DNA of 64,000 bases, taken from assembly GCA_040954595.2 (NCBI GenBank), contig CM082586.2, forward strand, positions 2,299,124-2,363,123, in the 5' to 3' direction. The stretch comes from Balanoglossus misakiensis (taxonomy: Eukaryota > Animalia > Hemichordata). Below, one piece after another: positions 14,001 through 28,200 of this stretch. The notes under the pieces are model-generated. The model worked only from the letters and a program-made list of their open reading frames with translations. It made no database searches and was not told the DNA's origin. Positions within the stretch are counted from its first letter, which is position 1; every line of letters starts with the position of its first letter. A program made the translations under genes and the position numbers.

Positions 14001-14740
14001 TTACACAAATGTCTTTTTCTGTAATACAGAATTTAACAACAGAGGAGAAGAAACGCTATGATGAACTATCAGCAAACAAAGCAAACAAACGATCCAGGAA
14101 ACTTGCCACTAAAAAGTCTGCAGCAGTAAGTAATACTGTATAACTTTGAGTATTTACCCTTTCACCACCATGGTTCAGTCCAAACCCATTGTTTTCTATG
14201 GTAAGGAGTAGTTAATACTGGCATCTTATGAGATGGGTTCTAACTCTTACCTCTCCTTCTATTTTACAATTTTTTCAGGTCAAAAAAGACGATGATTCTG
14301 GTTCAGAGAGCGATTCAGAATCTGAAAGCGGTACAGAGGAGGAATCGGAGAGTGGATCAGAAAGTGAATCTGAGGAGGAATCAGCCAGCAGTAGTGGTTC
14401 TGAATCGGAAGGCGAGGCAGAGAATGCAGTAGCGGTCAAACCAAAAGGCCAAGGCCAGCAATCGGCCACACACGAGTCGGCCAGCGAATCAGAGTCGGAA
14501 TCTGAAAGCGAAGAGTCTTCTTCCGAGTCAGAATCCGAAGAAGAGGAAGAGCAACCAAAACAGACCACAACAAAATCCAAACCACAAGCCAAAGCTGTGG
14601 CTGCCCCAAAGAAGCGACAGGGAAAACAGGCGGAATCCTCCAGCGAATCTGAATCTGAAAGTTCTGGTGAAACCGAGAGCGAGAGTGACTCGGACAGTGG
14701 CTCGTCGTCTGAGTCTGACTCTTCTTCTGGTGAGGAATAG
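5065..14740 (+). CDS. UBTF: Nucleolar transcription factor 1 (upstream binding factor, UBF), about 20 exons
   Basis: Exons include 5065-5155, 7562-7648, 8024-8199 (DEWSVEQKLSLLQ...LDWDKVKF, UBF N-terminal dimerisation domain), 8390-8470, 8627-8785 and so on to 14279-14740. Six HMG-box starts: PKKPLTPYF, RKPTTPVQ, PEKPPASGYS, PKRPISALF, PKTAQDLW, PKKPPANGYAL. Ends in a Ser/Glu-rich acidic tail. A second in-frame ATG lies at 5140. Confidence 0.93.
7746..7929 (+). ncRNA. SNORA23: Box H/ACA snoRNA, SNORA23-like (copy 1), in UBTF intron 2
   Basis: Hairpin 1 closed by ggctgtacag/ctgtacagcc, H box ATATTA (7853-7858), hairpin 2 tgagg.../...cctca, ACA at 7924-7926. Pocket strands TCATAGT and CTCC are complementary to 28S helix 69 GGAG-UA-ACUAUGA, 14 nt from ACA. 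Family name is from my recollection of human SNORA23. Confidence 0.75.
8858..9041 (+). ncRNA. SNORA23: Box H/ACA snoRNA, SNORA23-like (copy 2), in UBTF intron 5
   Basis: Near-identical (~180 nt) duplicate of 7748-7931 with the same H box, guide pocket and ACA (9036-9038). The flanking intron sequence is unrelated. Confidence 0.72.
14153..14205 (+). mobile_element. Fragment of the same MITE family in a UBTF intron
   Basis: accctttcaccaccatggttcagtccaaacccattgttttctat closely matches 39218-39262. Confidence 0.5.
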
Positions 14741-17008
14741 AAAACTGACTCTAAATTATGTAGAAAGGAGGTAAATTGTTTTATATACTTTCTGAGGAGC
14801 TGATAGTTTTGTCGATGAGTGAGACTTACTAAAGAGATCCTGTAAAATATTCCATGAAAATAAAACAATATTGTACATTGATCTGTGTATGGTAGATAAG
14901 CTCAAAGCAGTCTATGGGTATCTTGTCTTTTGGAAAATCACAGATTAGTTATTCATGCGAGCTAAAAACACAAGCATTGTATTCTCAAGTTGTATGTGAT
15001 ACATTACAGTAACATTTGACACTGGAACAGCCTAGTAAAATACACCTCATTCAATCATGACTTAGTTTACATCCAATGTATATGTTGAAATACTTTGAAA
15101 TTCCATTGTTTCTATTGATCTAAGGAAAACATTTATACTGTGGTATGTATGTATGTTCAGCGTTTATTTTTTGAAACTGGCTTTCAAGACCAGTAAATCT
15201 AATATTCCTTATGATTTGAGACTTCAATTACACTTACTTTGTTGAAGGATCGTTGCATTGTTGTATGTTCTGTAGACAGCATCTTACGCACACAACCTTT
15301 GTGCTCATTTTATGAAGTATTAAATGTTTTTAGTTTATGGTGAAATATGCATTGTCTTTCTTGCCATATGAACATCTCATTAAAAAAGGAAAGTCTCATT
15401 TCTCTTTGATCTGTGTTCAGTAGACAAAACTGACTCCTTGGAGTTTGAAACCACTCTTGAAAAGTCTACATGAAATCAAGTTTACATTTGGAAAGTCCTG
15501 GAAATTTGATTCCGTAGAAAACCTTGACAGAAATAATGCACAAATCACTCCCAGAAAAAATCTGAAAGAAGGTTACATTGAACAGCTCAACCAAACATTC
15601 TGTTCAATAAGGCACACTTTTTCTTTTTGAAAAAATCTATGTTGTATAAGAATTTTAAGTTAAGAAAGCAGCAGTATAAACATTTTCAGAGAAAAGTTGC
15701 GTACTTTCAGTCAAAGCACAAATAATCAGCGTTTAATTTCAGTAAGTTAAAAAAAAATTGATAGATGTTAAAACAACACTGTTCATTACTGCATCTATGC
15801 TCGGTTATATTACTACTCCAATGTTAAAAGTTCAGAATCTTGTCACGAAATCAGCATTTTAAAGTTTTTAGTGTGTATACTAAGCATTGGCAAAATTTTA
15901 TCCACTGCCGTAGTTTTTAAATATTTCTTGATATTTTTATGATACTTAATAAAAACTTCGACTACCTTTTTGTTTGGGGAAACATAACATTCTAGAAGTG
16001 ATATCATTTGTATGGGATAATTATAATTCACATAATAAAAATAAAGAATTTAAAAATATGCCTCAATGTTCTGCTTTGGCCATGTGAATTCATAACGGCT
16101 ACTTCACTTTTGCAATGAAGATATTATATTTCCCCAAATACAGTTGAATGCAACATATTGATGCAATAAAAAGAAAGAACTAATTAATAGTACTTGTTTA
16201 GATTTTAGAGCCAATTTTTGTTTCGTTATTTGTTATAAACAATATGTTTAAGGTTGATCAGTAATTTTGTTTTAATACAAAAATAAACAAACCTTAATCC
16301 AAAAATGGTAAGCTGAATTTCTTTCAAGCTGAACCAGTCTTCAAATAGAGTTATATTGTTTATCACATACATAGCTCCGCATATACCATAGTATGACGTC
16401 AGACGTAGGTAAATTTGCACCAAGCGTTATTGTAATACCCATCCCTCTGACGTCACCAAACGGAACTATTTTAAACTTGTAAACAAAGCCCTCTTAGGGC
16501 GACAAAATTCAGTGCAATTGTTGGTTTTATTTCGATATTAAAATATAAGCAAAGATAAATAAAATGTTTCGTATGTGTAAATATGGACGATCGATGATTA
16601 GTTTTACCTGTGTACATTTTTATCGCACCAACCGGCACCAAAACTGTTGCGAGGTCGTCAGTGCTGAGCCAATGTCGTCGCGTTGTCGAACGAGCGACAG
16701 GTACAAAACTGAGTATTCGCAAAAAATTTGATGCGACGATTAGAGCAAAACGGTCTAGTCATAAAGCAAAAGGCATAAGAAAGGTTTCCTGCTCCAGTGA
16801 AACCTTAACGGACGATGAAATCCAGCTGACGCACGACAGACGGGTCATCGCCAAAACCAGAATCGTCCAGGTCGTGACCTGAGTCACCTGATAGATAGAC
16901 CGCATAACATCGATCTTCAATTTTGCACAAAATAGTTCCAAATTTTATCGCAACCACAAAGAGATTTATTTGAAAATCAAAATTAGCGGATCTATGTATG
17001 TGATAAAC

Positions 17009-17174
17009 ATATAATTCCCCCGTATTCCTCACTCGTGTACCTGCGTCGCGAACTCGTGATTCCCCGTATAGCTGTATCCCTCCTCGCCTGCGGCTCGGAA
17101 GGATACGGCCGCTATACGGGGAATCACTCGTCCGCGACGCAGGCACACTCGTTCGAAATACGGGGGAATTATAT
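17009..17174. mobile_element. ~165-bp imperfect palindrome, probably the end of a non-autonomous (Crypton-like) DNA element
   Basis: Arms atataattcccccgtatt/aatacgggggaattatat, cctgcgtcgcg/cgcgacgcagg and gtgattccccgtatagc/gctatacggggaatcac. Central ctcgcctgcggctcg. Family assignment is from recollection. Confidence 0.5.
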
Positions 17175-19221
17175 ATAATTATTTATTGTTATTCTGGGAT
17201 ATATATTCACATACCATCTTTTGATCTGGAGTTTTGCATTTATAACTCATCTAGTTGTTTTATCATTTCATTGTGGATGAAAGCAGGTTTGTGAGTTTTG
17301 AGATTTCATATTAAACTTGAAAAGGTGAAAAATAAGTGTTCTTGTTTCATTGTATTAATAATAACTTTCTCCTAGCTTTCCCTATTGAAAGAACTAATTT
17401 TATAATATATAACAAACCTCCCCAACTAGCATGGCTGTGACATTTAGTAATATCTGTGAATATGCCTGTTTCTTGAATGTTATATGCATGTTTTAAAATC
17501 AACGAGTCAAGTGATGTCAATTTACTGGCAATTTTCCATGGTTATGGTGATGGGTATTTACCTTTTGCTTGGAGACCTGCCCTAGCAAATATTATGGTCC
17601 ATTTAACTTTTCGTAGCAATGCTTTTGCAAATAATTGACACTTTCCTATAACATGCATTCAAGCTTGGAGAGTTTTAAATTGATTATAGATTTTGCGGTG
17701 TTTGGAGTTTTAGAGTTTGAAATACATGTACCTGCATACAGATGACGTAAAAACGTTTAGGTCTTAAAACCTGTAATAATTGCCGTTGAGGGCGCTGTTG
17801 GAAACCATTTTCTGTCGTATCAGCGATACAGTGGTCTGCTAAAAATTCATATGGTTAAAACTTGCTAATTCTGACATAATCTCCCTCCTTTTATAGTCAT
17901 CAGTACACAACAATTTACTACGCACTCTCACTTGGAAAACACACTATCGATGAAACGTAATGCACGTCCTATGCCTACACTGCACCGCCACATGCGCCAG
18001 GTCAAGTCACTCAACCCTAATAAAAGTGTCAACCTATAAACACCTGTTTTCCATCGAGATTTCTTCGCGAGCTGTTAATCGCCCCCACCCCCTCGAGATT
18101 CTATCTTACATGGAAGACCTTTCTGACATTGCCATCGTTCCGGCCGATCGATCTACCGATAGATTCGGTTCATCGCATTCGGCAGACCCTACACATTGTC
18201 GCTTCTCGCCGCTAAGGGGCGCACCCGCACATTCAGTTGGCAGAAAAGTTCGATTCGCAAAATAGCCTAATGTAATGGAAACGCTTTCAATGTCAAACTA
18301 TTAGTAATACAGTGTAATACTTGAATATGCATTGCAAGCGTATTTAATTATTCTAACGTGTAACATGAAATGGCTGTGCTAATTTCGTCTTGGTAGCCTT
18401 GAAATAATCTCTTTTCACAATGCACGTACGAGAAAAACCGTCACGCATTTAGCGACCTTGGTACTAGAACAGTTGTGGTTATTTTTAAAGTAGAATTAAT
18501 GTTGTTTTCCTTTAGACAAAATAAAACAAATTTCACACATAGCGGTAGGTCGTAACGTTCACAATGACGTGGTCTGTTAGCGACCTTCCATCCCTTATTT
18601 CAACCTGAAAGCTTACAAGCTTATCGTCCCAGCTTATATCGAATCGTATCGAGGAACAGGATTATTTCCGTGGGGGCAAACTACCCTTGTTCTTTAACAA
18701 CAATATCTTGGAGGGGAAAAAGTGTAATTTTGTCGACAATCCTATGACTTCCTACTTATCACGGGCTGGTGTGATGTAGGCCCACAGGGAGACTTTCTGA
18801 TAGAATTTGTTTTCGGAGTCAAGTTATATGACCGCGGGCCACTTCGGTCGACACAATACACGGTTACAATATTAAAGCACCACCAATACGGATAATGATA
18901 GATACGCATGCAAAATATATCACATAAAACCTAATACAGTATCTGTTTCTTATAAGTATCTTTTTCGACAGACACTCTCAGGGTCAAATACCTTTAACGC
19001 GATTACATGAACCAACCGCCTGTCAGTGCGTGTGGGATTTAGTTCAGGGGTTTGCGCACGCTCCGCAGATGAGCGAATGACAGTGCGAAGAAGCGGGTCT
19101 ATATTGTCGAAACATATCGCTTACTGTGTGCAGAGCTCGCTATATCTATATAAACGACCATATGCACGCCCCACCATCAGCACAGGTCTGTCAGCAAAGG
19201 GTAACTTGGAAGCGTCGGGAT

Positions 19222-22200
19222 ATGGCCAGGATAGTAACGAAATACGACGTCATTATTAGCGGCCTCGGCCCCGTCGGAGCGGTTACAGCCAATTTGTTGG
19301 CCCAGTACGGGTTACACGTTGCAGTGTTCGAAAGAGATTTAGATGTTTACAACCTCGGTCCGCGGTAAGTGATATTTTGTGAAAGTACGATTATATGTTT
19401 TCATCCGACCTAATTTTTGCGCACATCTGTCGTGAGGTTGGGCTACTGTGCAGCATAGCTTTGCCCAGAGAGGCAGTTATTATTAAACATATTGATGTCG
19501 TAAATAACTGAATTTTCCAGCAGTCGTTTTTAATGCGCACTGTTGAATCTATCAGAATTTACACAACGCAAGACAGGGGAAACACTTTTTGTACCTCCGT
19601 TGGAGACTTCCGACAGAAATCGCTTGCAGACGACACTGTATACATAGTTCACAACGTTGAAGTTCACCGCTTCGTTCAATATAGAGTTGACGATGAATGT
19701 AAAACGCGCAGACGACACGAGCAACAGGATAGTGCCTGCCTGGCCAGAAACGTGTTGAGTCTCGTGAACCAGTGATTCTTTTAAAAATATTTTGACTTTT
19801 CTTGTTTGTGGAGTATTCGCGCGAGCTGAGCCGGTTTTGTATGATTGTCGACCGAAATAGAAACAGAATCTGATAAACATTTGTGGAAAACGATAGCTCT
19901 TGTCCAACAACCCTTCGGCGGGATATAGGTTGTTGTGAACGAGAACATCGTTCAGTGAGCATGTTCGGTTTTTGAAATAGGAACGATGACGAGGCGAATC
20001 ACAAGGGTCACTCTTAACGTTTATCGACAGCGAAGCATGTTGCGGTCGTTCAAAAAGCTTGAAATCGCCACAGGAAAACGCTATCGTTATGGCATTCTAT
20101 TTTAAGAGACATTCAGAAGTACTCCGGCGTGTGTTGCAGCTGAAAGTGTCGCTGTTCATTTCTCGATTTCCTTCAATTTGCCGTTTTTTTTTCAGAGAAT
20201 TTCTTCGGGGTTGTAGATTTTTTTATCGGTATTCACATCCAATTAGTATGACGCCAGCCCACATATTAATCCTATGCGTTAGCGAGTTCTGCATTCAATC
20301 CTCACATTATAAAAAACATCACCGTCGGAGATAGAACTAATAGCCTATAAGACAGCACTTGTTTTTCATCTAGAAAGGTTTAATGTTGCAGAAAAATTGA
20401 TGAACATATTATGACATTTTATAAGATGTTCAAAAATAAAATTGTTTTACCCTGTCGTCCAATCAGCTTCTCCCTCTCGATTATTTGACAGTTATAAATA
20501 GACAATTAATAGCTTGATAATTGATTTCGGTATCCTTCGGTCGTAATTCAATGATCTTTCGATTTTTCTATTACCTAACGGCCATACTAATTTCACTCAT
20601 GCGCAAAAACTTACACAAAAAATAGACACTTCACTTTTTATCGTGTTGGAAAAATTGACGTCAGCATTCTTGTCATCTTACAACATAACGATGCTCTATC
20701 TAAACACAAAGAATATTCCAATTCGAGAAGGTTATTTTTCGTTATATTTAGATTAACATATGCTCAGTACAGAACTATTTTGGGACTATTATTCCAATCA
20801 TTATTTTAACAAATTTTATATGTTTACGTTATGGGCCTTAAGCGGCCATTCTCAGGAAACAAGAAAAAACAGCTGCATTTATAAGCGAAAAGGCACTAAA
20901 GGGCGGGCGACTTTTCATATATGGGTCAGAGAAAATGGACGGTTCGAGTGTTCTTACTGCTTTCTTAAATGCATTACAGCGACTTTCAAAGGCGTAATTA
21001 ATTATGCACAAGTTCACAATGTTCAGGAAACGACAATTTGGGATGTACCACACATATCAGAATGCCCAAAAGGCGTGACACATATATCGCATTGCGTGTA
21101 AATCGACGAAGCAGAGAACGCGTGTACTCGCGGACGTCCCCTGTGATGTTAACTGTTCACCCGCTACGCGAAGTCTTTTCTTGTTCGGTTGAAAGATTCT
21201 GTTGTACAGGCTTTTGCGTGGACATTGTCGAATGCGACACGAGACCCTTCAGAAGTGAAATCTTAATTATCATGTCAGCCACAGGCGCCCCAACATTCAT
21301 CAAACACACGCACGTACAGTCATTGTTCCTGAAGGCGGCATCAATGACACTTTTGATCTCTCCGCTCGAAGAAAAATCTCGCTGTCCCCTATCAGTTCTC
21401 GACATGTTTTTCGAACGCGAGACTGGTCCTTACTCCGTGTTTTTGCCGCTGTATTTAGTTAGTTATTCATTAACATCGAGTCGAAACTATTATATTGCAT
21501 TTTGATTACCGGAGAAAGCAGACCCGTGAGAAGGAATACAAGAGGCTTATTATGGCGCGGATTAATGATATTAAATCTCTCATGATTTCTTCATGTCGGA
21601 CAAGCTTAATCACAGAGTACAACATACGAGTTTATTGGACGAGTGAAATAAATCGGGGATTGTAGATGAATGTATATGTAATTTTCAACGCAAACTTGCC
21701 ATCGTTTTCATTGTCTTCTTTGTGTTTAATTTCAGAGCAGTTGCTATCGATGCGGAAGCAATGAGGGTCTTCGGTATGGTAAGCAAACAATCGCATTTTA
21801 AAACTTAGATGATTTTGACGCATGGTGTTCTCATGATTTACTTGCTGTGAGTGCGAGTACAGAAAGGGCCAAGGTCAACTTTACTTCTCTCGGCGTCTGG
21901 ATAACCCAGATTACGTACCCTATCTATCTTAGATGTGTTTCCCTGAGAATCATTTACTAGTAAGTAAATGCATGATCTGTTCCATTGAAATTTGATCAGA
22001 ATAACCCTAATAGCACCAAACAGTGTGTTTTGGCAAATTATTCCAACGAGATTAGTCGGTAAACAAATTAAATCCCTTTCACAAAGGCGGCCGATCAAAG
22101 ATACCCTTGCCAATCCGGATTATTGTTTATTCTAGAAGTCACCAACCTCGTTAGAATTAAGATCACGTCCACCGCTATCCTCAACTATTTCCATATATCT

Positions 22201-25200
22201 ATCAGACTGAACGTCATTAATTCAGAGCCTGGGGCGGTGATCGTGGGGATATGTTACTATTCGGATATTATATCGCTTTTCTAACTATGTTAAATCAAGT
22301 ACATATTGGATGCATACAGAAGTTTTAGAACTGTCTTAGAAGTGTGTGTGTAGCACCCTCAAGGGACCGCGTAATACAGAAAAACTGAAATGTCAGCTGC
22401 AAATTAAACAAATATCAGCACGCCCTCTGATGCTACCTGTTTGATCTCCTCGTGTCCTGACATTTCAAAAACAGTCCATCGCAGTGACTTATTGTACCAA
22501 TGGGGCGCCTGTCAACAGAGAGATCATGACGTTGCTTTACGTTTCCATTGCCTATTGCTGAGACTGCTTATAACTGTAATCGGGTTGTATGATAAACGCA
22601 GCTTCAGTCCCTTCTCGTGGGAAGTAATAAAAATCAATCACGACATCTAACGTTAGAGCAACAGGATTAGTTAAACCCCCGTATCGACATATTTTATTTA
22701 TTTCTACTGTCAAAAATATCGTTATTAATAATTAACAGTGCCCCCATCCCTGCACAATAACATCATTTTTGGATGCTCACCAATAAATTATTTACGCTAA
22801 TATTAACCAATGACTTTCTTGTACGTGTAAACACATATATTAGCATTGGGTGGAATAACATGCAATGCCATAACTTATACGTGAAGTGGCCGCGATTGAG
22901 CTTTTAAAGATCTTAGATTTATGATAAGTAGGTCGTGTGGTACGTGTTACGCTTCTGGTCGTGGAGAGTTGATGCACTTTTCTGGGAACCTGGTCGGGTG
23001 AAGTTCCGATTTAAGATTAAATGGTGTCGCGTATCGACGTAAATGGTACATTTTGGCCAAGTTGCTGCCGGCATCAAAATTACAGAAAAAACTCCGACGT
23101 AATAAAGACTCGTTAAGCCTCATATTGTAGCAGTCACCAGAACACTTACACTAACACTCTATTAGGTATAACGAAGCACGTATGCGTGTACGTTCTAGCT
23201 TGGAGCTGAGCGCTCACCTACAATATAAATGTCTATGAGTAGCCACAGGCGATGCAAAAGACAGTGTGTCATCTTGCAGCGGCTGTAAATTTCCGCTGTA
23301 GTTTTAGTTCAAGGGAAGATTAAGCACGCAACGTCTTCCCTCGGGGTATTTCATCGGGGCCATCAAATCCGAGTCCGAACAAAATGCAATTCCAACTGGA
23401 TCTTTAGCACTTGTAAATCTTAGTCCCCATGACACGTGATTCTATCCACGGAAAAGGGGACAGCTCGAATTTTAGTTGAATGAAAAGCAAACCGTCCTCT
23501 TCAGCTTGACTTGCAGAATCGTTTTATCTGTGTTGGTCGTTTAAGCTTATTCCCACGAGGAAACACACAAATAAAAATAAAGAATTGCATCGACACTCTG
23601 TTTTTTTTCTGGCTTTTACATCTAGTAATCGTAAAACAGAAGAGGTTGACTTTGAGGACAGCGAAGTTCATTACAGGTTGACACGTGTAGGCCATAAATC
23701 ATGTCCAGCAGTGACCTTGAACTACATGTCCCCGCATATTCCCGAAAGCTTTAGTGACTCTGCTCGCCTTGGTGATTGATAGGCAGAGAGCAAGTTTCTA
23801 ATAACACGTCCGATTTATCATTCAACTCTACATTTCTCATTGTCATGCCCACAGTTCTATTTTGTCAAGCGCAGCAAGAAATTCAATCTCAACATAGTGT
23901 AACGGTCCATCGATTTCCTGGTCGACTGGAAAGTCATCGTTGTATTTTAGAGTCTATCTATCTGATCAATCTATCTGTCGACCAGGCAGCCACCCGACCG
24001 AACAACCAACCGAACAACCAACAATTAAACCAACCAACAATTAAACCAACCAACCAACTAATCAATCAATCAGATCATCTTTCAGATATCGATATATGAA
24101 ATAGAAGCCCAGTAATACCTATTCATCAATTTAGACTACCGTTGTGAGCCACGTATTATATCTTACAATACAAATGATTCTAAACTCCCCTCCTCTCCCT
24201 GATCCTCCACAGATCGGCCTGGACGACTGGCTTGATTCACACGTCAATAAAGCCTCCATCGGAGTGAGGACCGGCGTACCACCTCGCGGTGTCACGCTCG
24301 TGTCAACGGATCCAGACAACTACAAACTATACGGCTATCAGCGAACCGCATTCTTCAACCAGCCATGTGTGGAGAAGATGCTGAGAGACACGCTGGAGCG
24401 GCATGACAACGTCAAAGTGAACCTTGGCTGCGAGGTATGTGTCCCTTTTGGATTCCGATATCACTGACTATACATCGCTCGCGGCCGTCACAAGCCGAGA
24501 TGAAAACAACGTGCAGTGAAACTTAGTGTGCTAGCTTCACTTTTACGAAGAGTTTTTGCTTACAATCATCGAGGCCTTTATGTCTGTCTTTTGATTCCTC
24601 CCCGGTCGCCATGACGACACGCCATCGCAAAGAAAAGCTTATAATCTGATCACTAAAAACTACTAGTAATGATGTTTCAGTTTACAGGAACCGGTCTAAG
24701 TTTGAAAGTGGGGTCATGAAAATAACGCTAAATGGCAAATATTGGGGATTTTAACTTCTTCCCTCTCTCTGCAGGTTGTTGCTGATACAACCGATGGAGA
24801 CGGCGTGTTGGTTAAGGTACGAAACGGTGTCCACAAAGCAACAGAAACCTACCGTTGTAAGTACATGCTGGTCTGTGAGGGCGGACGGAGCTCAACGCGG
24901 AAAAGACACGGTTTGAAATTTCTAGGAAGTTCATTCAGTAAGTATGAGCTCACCTGTAGCCGGCTAACGGGCATCTTCGCTTGTCAGGTCTTGCTCTCAG
25001 AGGGTCGAGTCAGCGATCCGTGCGAGTGGACAATGGCGAACGGGGACGTCTGCAGGTCATTCCGTCTTTGCAAGCATCAACAAGCGTAAGGTGTGAATAA
25101 TAAGTCGATAATTAAGTCCCACCTGTTACTCACAGACAAAGGAGGTGTGATTCTTCCTAACGTTTCGAACGTACACGACCGAGCTTCGTCAGAGGCTATT

Positions 25201-28200
25201 GGAACACAATGATAAAAGACGATGAGATAATAAAATAATTTGAGATGTTGATATCAATACTAGACATTTTAGTAACTTAGAACTGACGTTATTGGCGAGC
25301 TGTTAGAGACTTATTTTGGTCAAATTTGATGGGCACACTAGTATGGACAATATTGAATGTGGCACGTGGGGAAATTGTGTTTCTAACACGGTGAAGAGTC
25401 AGTCTGCAAATTACTAGTATGTAAAACGTTTATTACTAAAGAAAAACAAGAGAGAAACTTACAAGTTTGTGGAACACTCCAGTGAGTTTCACGGCATGTC
25501 AGTACGAACACAGAGATTTGGACACCCTAAGTTCATGTATCTGCATGTGTACTAGTACTCGACAGGACCCCTTAGGAGAAGCTATGTTTGTAGCCTCTTA
25601 TGTAAATTCGTCCATGTACGTCCATCATTTTTTGTTTCCCCACAGAACAGAAATGGCTAGTATTAGACACAGTAACATTCGATAGCGAAATAAAAGAGAC
25701 TCTGAAAGACATGTGGTACATCAGTAACAAGGATTCGACCATGTTGCTGGTGCCACTTCCGGGCGACACGCAGAGGTTCGAGTTCCTACTGAAGAAGTAA
25801 GTGGGGTTCTGATTGGTCTATACTGTCTCCACAATGATCTTTATCTCCTGTAAGCCAACCATGTCAATCGTATGGAACACCCCAGAAACTATGTCATTGA
25901 AATATATAATCATTTCGTTCTGGACAGCATGATATCCGACAACTGGGTATTATTCTGTGCGAAGATAATATAATAAGCAAATTATAAAATTTCTTGTCAC
26001 ATAAGAAGAAAATACAGTAACAACAAAGTGGTGTCAAAAGTGATAACAGAGCCCCTTTAACATACACAATAAGAAAAATTCCATGTTTGTTCTTTGTTTT
26101 CCCAGTGATACAGACAGTCACAAAATTGTTCAAATCGACGAGGCCGCTTGTTTGATCGAAGATATTGGCATTGATCCCAACAAGCTTTATTTCAAGCGAA
26201 GGATCGTCTACACGTTTCATGCGCGACAGGTAAGTTTATAACGATTTATACTATCTGGTCAGAGTACATGTATTTTAAAACAGGGAGGGTCGCTGTAAGT
26301 CAATATTTGGACACTAACTCGGTCAGTGAGATCCATAACTGTCCTTTCTGACGCCAAGATGTCGCTGTTTCACTGCATGTTGCCGACAATTAACTTTTTT
26401 AAAATTCAGCTCGCTGACAGTTGTCATCAGTCGATATGACACGAATGGTAAATTAAAAATCATCCGTCATGAAATCGAAAACATGACGCGTTTGTTGTTG
26501 ATAAAGTGCGCATTTGCTAATTCTCATAATTTGCCAAATGGACCTTCGTACACGCAAGCTGTCGTCGGCGGGTTTCATGACATATCGCAAGCTGTCAAAA
26601 CTGGGGTCAGTCAACTTTGAATTATCCGATGTGTCAATTATTAATGACCTCGTTAGCTTACATTAGTCAGGGACTATTTTAATGTAAATGCTATCGAACT
26701 TTTTAACACATTTCGTCACCAGTGGACGTGCATCCTTAATATTCACATCGATGCCAAAGGAATGTATATACGTATAGTGCGAATGACATGTCACCCAGCT
26801 GGCTTCGCGCACAACAGGAAGCAGTTTAACATGAATTACGATTGTCGTTTTTTTCTGCCATTCATGACGTCTACAAATGTTTACCACAGCGGTGACCCGA
26901 ATTCCTTTGCCGATGGTACAAAGTTAGAGTAGGCCAGTGTGAGAGAAGCACGGACACACAAATGCAGACGAAAGAAGATATTTATGATGCTGCAAGTGTT
27001 ACGACACCCCTGATTGTTGAAGTGTAACAGAAGGCATTAAAACAGCCAGTTAATCTTGTCAGGTCTCGTCTTTTCTCACAACATCGTTACCCTCGCCTAC
27101 TTAGGTGGTTAACCCTCCCACCGTAGGTTTCTGTCTCGCACGCAAGACACAATCTAATATTAACGGATCAACGAGCGACCTTGCCTCTTGCCCGCATCAA
27201 TCGATTTGTACCGGCGTTTCTTCTTCCTGTGAACGACTGCGCCATACACGGTTAAATTTAAGTAGGTTTGAAAACTCACACTTCTACTTCGACCGTTAGA
27301 CAGAAACTGGGCGATTGAAATTCCAGAGGCGGACACGGCTAACAACTAAAATGCGTCTGGGGCTAAGATGCGATGCGTGTGTCTCACGGCTTGAGAAGGG
27401 ACGCGGAAGAATTATGCCCCATTAGGCCTGATGTGGTTTGGTTAAAGTGAATTGAATACAAGCACTACTTGCACTACTTTCTTTCTTTCTTTCTTTCATT
27501 CGCAGATTGAAAACTGGTACGACGGTAACGTAGTGTTCCTTGGCGATGCTGCCCACTGCATGCCGCCGTTTGCCGGACAAGGTAGGGTCAAGTGATTCAC
27601 CCAAAAACCCGGGAACTTCGACCTAAAAATATTCCGAGGCACGAACAAATTTTGTTGGCGACATAGGAACTTTTGAGACTAATTGCTCAGCTTCCGTGAA
27701 GAGTCTCCGCCGATTACAGAATGCTTTTAACGCGTTTCCCGGTGCGATGTTTAGAGGAGAAAGATCTCATTTGATTATCTGTGCTAGCACCTGCTAATAA
27801 ATCTTTGCTGTGATGACATATGCGCCAAAGATGAGATACATTGCAAGTGTGACACATGATATACTCGCTCAAATCATGAAAGTAGGTCCGGTCTGTGGCA
27901 AGCCATGTGCCGCAATGCATGCTGGGGAAACCCGGTCGTCTCTCGTCGATGGCGCCGATATTTGCCTCGGTGGCAATGGATTATCGCGCGATAATGCTGT
28001 TGGTCACGGTTTGTATATTTGCGTCGTGGTCTGGATTTTGTCTTATCTCCTCGACCGTCAACTCCAAAACAGTCCGGCGTCCTCCCTGTTGCCGACTACG
28101 CACTACGTGCGAAAACGCGCAAGGATATCATTAACAACGTAGAGGGTGAAGGGGTCACCGTATCACACCTTAGATGGATAGGCCTATACATGTATACCTG

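Noticed and set aside
14275-14868. 197-aa minus-strand Ser/Asp-rich ORF
   Set aside because: Antisense shadow of the low-complexity UBTF last exon.
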